Positions 1 through 7,898 of a stretch of DNA of 34,768 nt are shown here, piece by piece. The notes beneath the pieces are model-generated. The model saw only the letters and a list, made by a program, of their open reading frames with translations. It was not told the origin of the DNA and did no database searches. Every line of letters starts with the position of its first letter. Positions within the stretch are counted from its first letter, which is position 1. The stretch comes from a virus (lineage: Duplodnaviria; Heunggongvirae; Uroviricota; Caudoviricetes), in the IMG/VR virus record IMGVR_UViG_3300029258_003331; one strand, given 5' to 3'. The translations under genes and the position numbers were made by a program.

Positions 1-53
1 CTACCTCGGCGACAAGGGAAACATTGCCGGGTCAGACGTGTAAGGAGAGAGCC

Positions 54-1046
54 ATGACAGGTCGGCGAGGCGATAGGTTGCGCAATCTGAATCTACCCGT
101 CGCGACAATCTTGAGGAATCCGCAACGCGATTGGGGACAACTGACGCGCGGTCATGTTCGCATTGCCGCTGATCGTAGGCTCTCTGTGGATTGGAAGACG
201 TTCACACGAGACAAGTTTTTGTTTGCGCACTCTACCATTGTTTCGTCTGTCAAAGTCGCTTCAAATCACTACTACATCGAGCCACCGTGCGACGAATTGG
301 TGAACTCAAACGGGAATGCCTGGTCGACGCCGGTGTTGTTGGCGACTTTCCGAAGTTTTATCGGGCGAAACAATTACGTCGAACACTTGCAAGTGCCGGC
401 AATGTCCAAGGGTACTATCTTGGATGCCGTGGCTCGTCCTGTCAAATTCGCTGGTGAGAATGGTGATGAGGCAGATGTTGTCTACGTTGACATCCTGGTG
501 GCGGTAGACAGAAGGCATGCGGACCTGGTGGACCGGATTGAACGTGGCGAACTGCGAACGATGTCTATGGGATGTTTAGCCAAGTGGGTCCAATGTTCCA
601 AATGCGGAAAGCAAATCGACGACAGTATGAAGAACTGCACACATCTCGACAACGAACTGATGCAATACTTCGTCGATGAGAATGGGGTACGGCGTATCGT
701 TGCTGAACTGTGCGGGCGAATGGTGAAAAACCCAAAAACGGGAGAGATTGAGGCAGACCCTGAGTCGGTAGAATTTATCGAAGGGAGTTGGGTCGAAAAG
801 CCAGCCTTCAAAGGCGCTGTTCTTAATCACTTCGTTCAGGATAACACAAAGGTCGCCACGATTCTTGAGTTGCCAACCGACCGTCTCCAAGAAGCCGTTG
901 AGGATATTTTCAGGATGCGCGTTGCTGACCGCCAGGGAATGCTCGCTCTCCGGGTGGCACGGGACCTCATAATTCGCATGCGGCGGACAGATGTGGCTGA
1001 GAGGTTGGCGTATTGCACTGCACAGTCAAGAGGTCTTGTTAATTGA
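54..1046 (+). CDS. Probable prohead (capsid maturation) protease with Zn-ribbon insert
   Basis: ATG 54 follows AAGGAG. Motifs YVEH, SMGC, CSKC...CTH and E-x-S-W-V-x-x-PAF-x-x-A resemble phage head-maturation proteases. Lies upstream of scaffold-like and capsid genes. Confidence 0.65.
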   Translation: MTGRRGDRLRNLNLPVATILRNPQRDWGQLTRGHVRIAADRRLSVDWKTFTRDKFLFAHSTIVSSVKVASNHYYIEPPCDELVNSNGNAWSTPVLLATFRSFIGRNNYVEHLQVPAMSKGTILDAVARPVKFAGENGDEADVVYVDILVAVDRRHADLVDRIERGELRTMSMGCLAKWVQCSKCGKQIDDSMKNCTHLDNELMQYFVDENGVRRIVAELCGRMVKNPKTGEIEADPESVEFIEGSWVEKPAFKGAVLNHFVQDNTKVATILELPTDRLQEAVEDIFRMRVADRQGMLALRVARDLIIRMRRTDVAERLAYCTAQSRGLVN

Positions 1047-1597
1047 GGCAGCAACACAAGAGCGTTCTCCGTGAGCTTTTCTTCAACGCGGATACCCTGA
1101 GACAGGCCCTGGGCTTGGATAGTATATGGATGAGGGGCATGGAATTCCAGTTCGATAACCTCAGCCCAGAGCGAGCGGACCTTGTCTTCCAGGACAAGTG
1201 GGATGCTTACAGAGTGCCCGAGGATGTGACTTGCTACGTCTTGGAACTGAAGAGCGAGGTTGGGGACCACGAGGTTGTTGGGCAATTGAAAAAAGCGGTC
1301 ACTGTGATGGATGTGCGAGGGCGCTCGACGGGGCACTGGCACCGTACCGTCGGGATTGCTGTGGCGCGAAAGTTCACCAAAACAGGTCTCGAACTTTTGT
1401 GGCAGGAGAAATATCGCGCATTTGAGTACACGGGCGATGAAGGCGACATCAAGTTGACCGAACTGGAACAGCCGGAAGACGGAAGCCTGCGCCCTGTCAA
1501 GAAGGCTGTTAGTAAGGAATGGTTGGAAAAAATGAGAGCAGCGAAAAGAAAAGAAGATTGCTCAGAGGCAAAAGCCCTGAGACGGAATGAGAAATAA
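1043..1597 (+). CDS. PD-(D/E)XK nuclease, NucS/EndoMS C-terminal-like
   Basis: RADLVF...VLELKS...VVGQL...VGIAVA pattern. TTG start overlaps the upstream TGA; an ATG at 1129 is an alternative start. Confidence 0.55.
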   Translation: MRQQHKSVLRELFFNADTLRQALGLDSIWMRGMEFQFDNLSPERADLVFQDKWDAYRVPEDVTCYVLELKSEVGDHEVVGQLKKAVTVMDVRGRSTGHWHRTVGIAVARKFTKTGLELLWQEKYRAFEYTGDEGDIKLTELEQPEDGSLRPVKKAVSKEWLEKMRAAKRKEDCSEAKALRRNEK

Positions 1598-1677
1598 TAA
1601 GCAAGTTGCTTTCCGGTTTTGTATGTAACTCCTTCCCTGGGCACGAGTTCCGACCGTATCCAACAATGTGATATTTT

Positions 1678-1686
1678 TTTGATATT
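1678..1686 (+). promoter_or_regulatory. Recurrent intergenic motif TTTGATATT, copy 1 (candidate phage promoter)
   Basis: AT-rich intergenic site ahead of the head operon. Exact copies at 13642 and 16284. Confidence 0.4.
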
Positions 1687-1786
1687 TGTCTTTGGGTGAG
1701 AGGTCATTGTCTCCACGAGACCCTACCCGACCCTCGATGGAAGTCTGCGACGACTGAGATTTAGGTTCATTTGAAAGGAGATGGGA

Positions 1787-2485
1787 ATGCGGGACAATTT
1801 GCTGGGCGAAATCCAGGCGTTGGAAAAGCGTCTGGCTATGTTCGCCGACGATGAGGTGGTGGCTCCCGTCGAAGACACGCTGGATGAAGAAATTGCGGCT
1901 CTTGAAGACGAACTTGAGGAGGACGAGGTGCTTGAGTTGTCTCCCGAGGAAGACGACGAGGACCTGGAAGGCGAGATTGATGTCATGTTGTCCCGTTTGT
2001 CTCAGGACCAGGACGCCGAAATCGCGCAGGAAACCGAAGCCATCGTCAAGGAAGACGATGCTGACATCGAGAAAGCGACACGCAGGTCCGCCAGCGAGAA
2101 GGAAGGCATTGCTCGCGCGCTGTTGTCTCTCGCGCAGGAACTGACCCAGGAAGGCGCGCCGGAGGTTGTCAAGCCGGAAGAGGACATGACTCAGGACCTC
2201 GATGAAGTTGAGAAGGTCACAGGCGAAGAACCGGCTGAGGGAACCGACAGTGGCGAAAACGGCGATGTGTTGCCGGTAGCCAAGAAGGCAGATGACGCTG
2301 ACTACATCCAAGCGTCGCAACTTCAGGAAGCATCTCGTCGCCTTGACCGGGTTGCTAATGCATTGCAATCCCGAGGCGGAAAATGGGTCAAGATTGCACG
2401 ACAGGTTGACGTACTGGCAAACACCATCGACGAGAGACGAAAAGTGCTTGCTTCGCGGGTTGCGCAGCGTTTGGCCGCACGCTAG
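1787..2485 (+). CDS. Acidic head-associated protein (scaffold or internal protein-like)
   Basis: AAAGGAG RBS fits ATG 1787. Very D/E-rich with helical ends, located in the head operon. Confidence 0.5.
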   Translation: MRDNLLGEIQALEKRLAMFADDEVVAPVEDTLDEEIAALEDELEEDEVLELSPEEDDEDLEGEIDVMLSRLSQDQDAEIAQETEAIVKEDDADIEKATRRSASEKEGIARALLSLAQELTQEGAPEVVKPEEDMTQDLDEVEKVTGEEPAEGTDSGENGDVLPVAKKADDADYIQASQLQEASRRLDRVANALQSRGGKWVKIARQVDVLANTIDERRKVLASRVAQRLAAR

Positions 2486-2529
2486 GTCAAGGGCACGGAA
2501 TCAAAAACTCACATAGGGAGGTACAAAAC

Positions 2530-3609
2530 ATGGAACGTAAGAGACTCACAGACCGTGCTCTTCAGGCTGCCGAATCTGAGCCCTATCCGGGAATGGTCGG
2601 CCAACCTGATCGGACGTTTGAGCCAATGGACGAATACAACTCAGACGCCTACAAGCAGGAGGGTTGGTACTACCCGGACGAAAGCGACGACTGGAAAAAC
2701 GAAGAGCGCAACGAAATCGGCGTTGGTATCCCGCGCGAGGATCCAGAACGCTCTGGCGACAGTAACCCGGTCGTTCGCAAGGCTCACATCCAAAAGATTC
2801 GTCAGGCTGCAAGCAAAGCCGTTAGGTTGGCTGTGTTGCTGCTTGGTGATAAATCTCCGGAAGATGTCGTAGAAGCCCAGGCGCGTGATTTCATGCGACT
2901 CGGCAGCAGTGGTCTTGACAGCGCACTGAGCCGCTATGCCGAGACAGCCAATCTTTATGCCGAGGACGAGAAGCCCGCCGAAGCCAAGAAGGCTGAGGAC
3001 GCTGAAGAGAAGAAGGAAGACGAGGCGAAGGGCGAAGAAGAGGCTGCTAAGACGGTCCAGGAAGAAGTCGAAGAGGAAGCCAAGGGCGAAGCCAAGAAGG
3101 CTGAGGACGCTGAAGCCAAGAAGTCTGAGGACGAGGAACCCGCCGAAGCCAAGAAGGCTGAGGACGCTGAAGAGAAGTCTGAGGACGAGGAACCCGCCGA
3201 AGCCAAGAAAGCCGAGGACGAGGAACCCGCCGAAGCTAAGAAGTCTGAGGACGAGAAGCCAGCCGAAGCCAAGAAGTCTGAGGACGAGAAGCCAGCCGAA
3301 GCCAAGAAAGCCGGCGAACTGGATATCGAACTTGTCGCCTTGGAGTCGGATATCGACGCAACTCCGGAACAAGAGGCGCTTCTTGCCAGCCTTTACACTG
3401 ACGACAGCGAAGCACGGACAGCCGAGGACCAGGACGAGGGTGATGACGAGGAAGCCTGTGTTGAACTCAAGAAGTCCGAAGGCGGCTCAAAGAAGGCTGG
3501 CGTTCAGACCTTGGGCGGACAGCCGAAGGTGGCGAGTGCTTCTGGCGACCTCGACCTGACTACCCTGTGGAAGAGCGCTCCTGACGTAAGCAGTGTTTTC
3601 GGTTCCTAA
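2530..3609 (+). CDS. Probable capsid scaffolding protein with acidic/lysine repeats
   Basis: GGAGG RBS. E/K/A-rich tandem repeats. Sits between the protease and decoration/capsid genes. Confidence 0.6.
   Translation: MERKRLTDRALQAAESEPYPGMVGQPDRTFEPMDEYNSDAYKQEGWYYPDESDDWKNEERNEIGVGIPREDPERSGDSNPVVRKAHIQKIRQAASKAVRLAVLLLGDKSPEDVVEAQARDFMRLGSSGLDSALSRYAETANLYAEDEKPAEAKKAEDAEEKKEDEAKGEEEAAKTVQEEVEEEAKGEAKKAEDAEAKKSEDEEPAEAKKAEDAEEKSEDEEPAEAKKAEDEEPAEAKKSEDEKPAEAKKSEDEKPAEAKKAGELDIELVALESDIDATPEQEALLASLYTDDSEARTAEDQDEGDDEEACVELKKSEGGSKKAGVQTLGGQPKVASASGDLDLTTLWKSAPDVSSVFGS
2962..3312 (+). repeat. In-frame coding tandem repeats, core ~33 nt (EDE[E/K]PAEAKK[A/S])
   Basis: Repeated gccgaagccaagaag(g/t)ctgaggac with synonymous variation. 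Confidence 0.9.
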
Positions 3610-3718
3610 ATCAGGATAATGCGGGCGCTGCCCGACAATATGAGATCTTGAACAACAATGTGGGTTGGCGTCCGGAAAGGACGATTGACAAGGACTTTGG
3701 AGACAGGAGGAGTAAAGG

Positions 3719-4213
3719 ATGGCTCTCACAATTCTCATCCGTACTCAGAACAACAGCCTTCCTGTTCTCTCCGACGACTGCTTCACCAAGCAGAACTACG
3801 GAGCGAATGCGAATGGCAACAGCACGTTGAGCGTCAACACTCCGCGTGGTGTGTTGGGTGGGTCGGTTGCCGCCGTGAGTGCTGGTCTCGATTACACCGC
3901 CGTTCCGGGAACCGACGAGCTGATGCCCATCGGTCTCTTCGTGAACGATGCTGCTGGGGCAGCGTTTGACAACAGCCCGGCAGTCGCCTCTGGCAAGATC
4001 GCCGTTATCAAGGGACAGGCGTCAGTCGAGGTGGATGTGTACGAAACCGACACTGGTGGTGGTGCAATCACGTATGCTGTTGGCGAGAAACTCTACTGCT
4101 CGGCTTATGGTCTCTTGACCAACGTGGCCAGCAGCGAGGGGACCGTCATCGGTGTCGTGACAAAAGCACCGACAACCGCAAGCCCGACGCTGGGCCTGGA
4201 TATGCGTATCTAG
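3719..4213 (+). CDS. Probable head decoration/cement protein
   Basis: 164 aa, G/A/V/T-rich (PIGLFVND, YAVGEKLYCS, VIGVVTKAP), immediately before the capsid gene. GGAGGAG RBS. Confidence 0.65.
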   Translation: MALTILIRTQNNSLPVLSDDCFTKQNYGANANGNSTLSVNTPRGVLGGSVAAVSAGLDYTAVPGTDELMPIGLFVNDAAGAAFDNSPAVASGKIAVIKGQASVEVDVYETDTGGGAITYAVGEKLYCSAYGLLTNVASSEGTVIGVVTKAPTTASPTLGLDMRI

Positions 4214-4424
4214 GCAAGCAGCACCGCCACGCCTCACCCCCCGGCGTGAGAAGTAGGGGGTTTTTAAGACGAGTGGTTCAGGGAACGAGCAAGAAGAAAG
4301 GGGCCGTTCACCGCAATTGGAACCGCGAAGTCTAGGGTGGCACGTGGCTGCCCAATGCCCGAGAGGGCAGTGACTGGAGGAATGGCGAACTGCTCGCCAC
4401 TCCGATCTGAAAGGAGAAGGAATC
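4214..4424 (+). ncRNA. Structured 210-nt intergenic leader of the capsid gene
   Basis: Stems GTGGTTC/GAACCGC, GAACG/CGTTC, GGGTGGC/GCTGCCC, TGCCC-GAGA-GGGCA, GGAG..TGGCGA/TCGCCA..CTCC. Confidence 0.45.
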
Positions 4425-5285
4425 ATGGCTCTGGATAATCAGACCAAACAGGAAATCATCTCGCAGTTCATCCGGACTGCGGCTGGTCGCCAGCGTCTGG
4501 CAGCGTCGATGATTCAGCCTCTGCGTCGTCGTCGTGACTACTCCAGTGTGGGACGCAAAGCGTTCTACGTGGAACAATTGCCCGATGGCGCGCTTCCGCT
4601 CTACGACAAGGACCCGAACGTGACGGCCTACGTCGTGGGTGAGGAAGGGCTGAACATCATCGCGGTGCAGAAGCCGAAGCGCGTGATGTTTCCGTTGTTC
4701 GAGATTGCCTCGAACCCGGAAATTCAACTCACCGAGGTCAAGGCTCGTCGTTTCGACCTGATCGAGCGGAGCATTGACCTGGCGAAGAGCGAGATTCAAG
4801 CCGAGGAAGACCGCAAGGTTTTCGCGGTCATGGATGCGCTCGCCGCTGACCCGACCAACCCGAACCCGGCAATTCCTGTCACGGGCAACCTGACAGCGAA
4901 CGCCCTGGCTGATGCCTTTGCGAACGTGGAGCGTACCGACATGCGTGTCGCGAACGTCTTCCTGAACGCCAAGGACTACGCCGACCTGCGCAAGTGGGAC
5001 CGCGACACCCTGGACATTGAGACGCAGGCTCAGTTGCTCAAGACCGGTCTCATGGCTACCGTCTGGGGCGCGAAGTTGATTGTGTCGCGCGTTGTCCCCG
5101 AGGGTACCGTGTATGTTTGTGGCGAGCCCGAATTCTTCGGTCGCATTCCAGTGAGGACGGAACTTACCGTCCTCAGTGCAGACGACCCGAAGAACCGCCT
5201 GATTGGCTTCTCGGTGTTCGAGAACATCGGCATCGGCTGCTACAACCCCTACGCGCTGCAGGTGCTGAACATCACCCGTACCTGA
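4425..5285 (+). CDS. Major capsid protein (HK97-fold type)
   Basis: 286 aa with strongly biased codons, strong RBS and a terminator right after. Sequence pattern and gene order match large-phage capsid genes. Confidence 0.8.
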   Translation: MALDNQTKQEIISQFIRTAAGRQRLAASMIQPLRRRRDYSSVGRKAFYVEQLPDGALPLYDKDPNVTAYVVGEEGLNIIAVQKPKRVMFPLFEIASNPEIQLTEVKARRFDLIERSIDLAKSEIQAEEDRKVFAVMDALAADPTNPNPAIPVTGNLTANALADAFANVERTDMRVANVFLNAKDYADLRKWDRDTLDIETQAQLLKTGLMATVWGAKLIVSRVVPEGTVYVCGEPEFFGRIPVRTELTVLSADDPKNRLIGFSVFENIGIGCYNPYALQVLNITRT

Positions 5286-5317
5286 TACGCGCTGGTTCGG
5301 TAACGCCAACCCATCAT

Positions 5318-5350
5318 AAGCCCCTGGGAGATTTTCCCAGGGGCTTTTTC
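5318..5350 (+). terminator. Intrinsic terminator after the capsid gene
   Basis: AAGCCCCTGGGA / TCCCAGGGGCTT 12-bp stem followed by a T-run. Confidence 0.9.
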
Positions 5351-5430
5351 TTTGGATCAACGCACCCAATCTAGTCTTGCTTCAATGTTATCGAATACCA
5401 AATAGGTAACCAAAAGTTCTTGGGAATGTC

Positions 5431-5458
5431 TTGCCAGGAGCCGAAAAGATTGTATAGT
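5431..5458 (+). promoter_or_regulatory. Sigma70-like promoter
   Basis: TTGCCA, 16 nt, TATAGT, upstream of AGGAG and GTG 5487. Confidence 0.5.
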
Positions 5459-5486
5459 GCCCATGGACTCTTAAGGAGCGAGGCGC

Positions 5487-5906
5487 GTGACAAAGAAGTG
5501 TCACAAATGCGGCGAGATTTACGACGCGGGCGATGCGGCGTTGCACCTTGCTTACTGGTCCATTCCTTCGACCCCCGGCTTTCTCTTTCTTCTCCTTGGT
5601 TTTCTCCTGTTTTCATCCCTCACCCGATTGCTGTCTCTTTGGCTGATGGTTTTCGCCGCCGGGAATCTGTTCAGGTACTCTCCCTTTGAGATGCCATGAG
5701 CAGACAACAAATGCCGCCCGAGCCGACTAAACTTCCTGTGACATAGTTGGCAGGTCACAAAGTACGAGATTGGAAAACTGAGCGACGGTAAAATAGGCGC
5801 GATGTACGGGCTCACCGGGGAGGGAGTTGCATACCATCGGAAGAAACATGGCATTCCTACAAGAAGTCGTAAACCTGCAAGAGAAGTCAAGTTAAGCCTG
5901 AAGTAA
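5487..5906 (+). pseudogene. Zinc-finger/HTH protein gene interrupted by an inverted internal segment (5557-5760)
   Basis: CxxC N-terminus and HTH-like C-terminus share one + frame, while the middle encodes a C2H2-like finger on the - strand. Flipping between TACT (5553-5556) and AGTA (5761-5764) gives a 139-aa ORF with no stops. Confidence 0.6.
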
Positions 5907-6029
5907 CGTGCGGCGATAGAAAATCCGGGTTCGTTTTGCTTTTTCTCGGGCTTCAGCAGGTTTTGTCCTTGATAATTTGTTGATATAGTCATCTGGGTGA
6001 AGTCAACTATTTTTGGCAAGGAGAGAGCC

Positions 6030-6275
6030 ATGCAACTCAGCAACACGCCGAGCAATCAGATGCCCACGGCGGCAGTGGGTTCGGACAGCGGTCAATGTTT
6101 CATCGAGGAGGCTGCTTACGAGGGACAGATACGCGTGATGGACGAGACCAGGACCATTCGCGTGGCTGGCGGTAGCGTAATCAAGGCTCAAGCCGGCAGC
6201 GTTGTAGTATCAAACTGTGGCGTCATCTGCAACTGGAACGACACGGCGCTTGATTCCACGCCGGGAAGAGCCTAA
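6030..6275 (+). CDS. Hypothetical protein
   Basis: AAGGAG RBS, ATG 6030, 81 aa. Confidence 0.65.
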   Translation: MQLSNTPSNQMPTAAVGSDSGQCFIEEAAYEGQIRVMDETRTIRVAGGSVIKAQAGSVVVSNCGVICNWNDTALDSTPGRA

Positions 6276-6321
6276 CAAGGTTTTTTTGACGAGATTGAGG
6301 GAGAACCGGAGAGGAAAACAG

Positions 6322-7011
6322 ATGGACAACCGCTGTATTGCTGGTGAACTACTGAGGGTGGCGCGCCTGATTACGACCTCTCGTTGGGACGAGAAAATTG
6401 TCGGCAACGGTTGTCGTATCGAGTGGAATAACTTCAACCTGCGCATAACCGAACTCCCGGCGAAAGGGAAAAAGAAACTGCGCGTTTTCCGGGTCAGTGT
6501 TTGGCCCGGGATTCGCTCGGGTGTCGAAACGCGCGACGGTGCCAATGATCTTATCATCGAAAATCTGATGCGCGCTGGTAAGGTTGGGAAATCTTCCACC
6601 TATGACCAGGCTAAGCGCGGGATGGAAAAGGCTGTTAACGATGTTTTGACGAAGTGGGAAAGGGAAGGTCTCAAGACACGCCACTGGGCACACATGGGCG
6701 AAGAGCAGGTGCATTACCTGAAGGTCGAGCCGGAGGATGCGAAGCCCATTACCGTGAAGGGCAAAGATTTCGAGTTTACGAGTTCATGGACGAACTTTGG
6801 TGTCCGCGAGTATCACGGCGACAGTGGACCTCAGGACATGGACCCGAGCTACACCGACATTGATTCAACAAGCCCCGCGTCGGCCAGGAAACTCTACAAA
6901 ATGCTTCGCGCCGACCCTAACCTCCTCAGTAATGTGAGTCTAGGCGCGTTTCCGGATTGGCTCAAGAAGAACAAAATCAAGTACGAACTCCATTTCAGCG
7001 TTTGGCACTAG
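6322..7011 (+). CDS. Hypothetical protein with shared N-terminal helix motif (possible internal head protein)
   Basis: GAGGA RBS. Starts MDNRCIAGELLRVARLIT. Confidence 0.65.
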   Translation: MDNRCIAGELLRVARLITTSRWDEKIVGNGCRIEWNNFNLRITELPAKGKKKLRVFRVSVWPGIRSGVETRDGANDLIIENLMRAGKVGKSSTYDQAKRGMEKAVNDVLTKWEREGLKTRHWAHMGEEQVHYLKVEPEDAKPITVKGKDFEFTSSWTNFGVREYHGDSGPQDMDPSYTDIDSTSPASARKLYKMLRADPNLLSNVSLGAFPDWLKKNKIKYELHFSVWH

Positions 7012-7020
7012 GAGAGCACG

Positions 7021-7278
7021 ATGGATAGGAAGAAGGTAGCGCGCGAGTTGCTGGCGCTTGCAAAAGAACTAACGGCGAGCGAGAAGTCTGCCCGTCATCG
7101 CCTTACCGACCACACCGCCGGCGAAATGACTCCAAAGCAGAAGAAATACCGTGAGTTTTTCGAAGGCAAACTGCGGAAATACAAGGTAAATAGCCCTTCG
7201 GAGCTGAACGCCGAGCAGAAGAAGAAGTTTTTCGACGAAGTTGACAAGGGTTGGGATGCCGAGAAGGAAGAGGATTAA
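7021..7278 (+). CDS. Small basic protein with the same N-terminal motif
   Basis: GGAG RBS. Starts MDRKKVARELLALAKELTAS. Confidence 0.7.
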   Translation: MDRKKVARELLALAKELTASEKSARHRLTDHTAGEMTPKQKKYREFFEGKLRKYKVNSPSELNAEQKKKFFDEVDKGWDAEKEED

Positions 7279-7279
7279 C

Positions 7280-7618
7280 CTACCGTAGGCGGCGTTTCTT
7301 CCCGAACAATTCTTGCCTACGTTTTTTCACGACCGTTTTCACTTCTTCAGGTTGCATTTTGTCCAGGCTAGTCCGAACAGGGGTGATTTGAATCCCCTGG
7401 GTCGGACGCCTGTTTCTGACTGACCTGAGAACGTATGCGTCGCGGAATTCAGAAAAGTGCGCGAAGACCAGGCTTATGGATTCCTCATCCGGTAAGCCTG
7501 GGTATTTCCGGCGCAGCAGTTTGTATTCACCTATCGTTGAAAAGAAAACGCCATACCCGATGACAGCGTCGATAAGCGCTTGTTTGCGACTGTCAGGTGG
7601 TTGCGTGTTTTCGTTCAT
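7280..7618 (-). CDS. Hypothetical protein
   Basis: 112-aa ORF filling the gap, convergent with 7021-7278. No competing long + ORF. Confidence 0.55.
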   Translation of the reverse strand: MNENTQPPDSRKQALIDAVIGYGVFFSTIGEYKLLRRKYPGLPDEESISLVFAHFSEFRDAYVLRSVRNRRPTQGIQITPVRTSLDKMQPEEVKTVVKKRRQELFGKKRRLR

Positions 7619-7898
7619 GGTTTCGATTCTACATCTTTCTTCCTAGATTTTCACAAAAAAGATGGCGACGAACGTATAACTAGGAATGGTAAGGACGTGC
7701 GGAGGGTGAGTCATGTCTTTTTTTGCCATTTAGGGACCGGGAAATGCGAATAGGTGTCATTGGTTCCTATATTTCTTTGATACCCTCCTGTGAGTAGGCT
7801 GATAAATGATCACACCGGAGGGATGCAACGGATATTTCGGATTCGCTCTACGATTGAGCGGGAGTTCCAGGGACTCATAGTTGACTGGAGGCGAAGGG

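Noticed and set aside
4211-4260. Stop-codon readthrough stimulated by a pseudoknot after the decoration gene
   Set aside because: Readthrough would add only about 12 residues before a TGA.
4270-4335. Cobalamin riboswitch in the capsid leader (AGGGAA..CCGCAA..GAAGTC)
   Set aside because: Only fragments match; the conserved T-loop hairpin is missing and the downstream gene does not fit.
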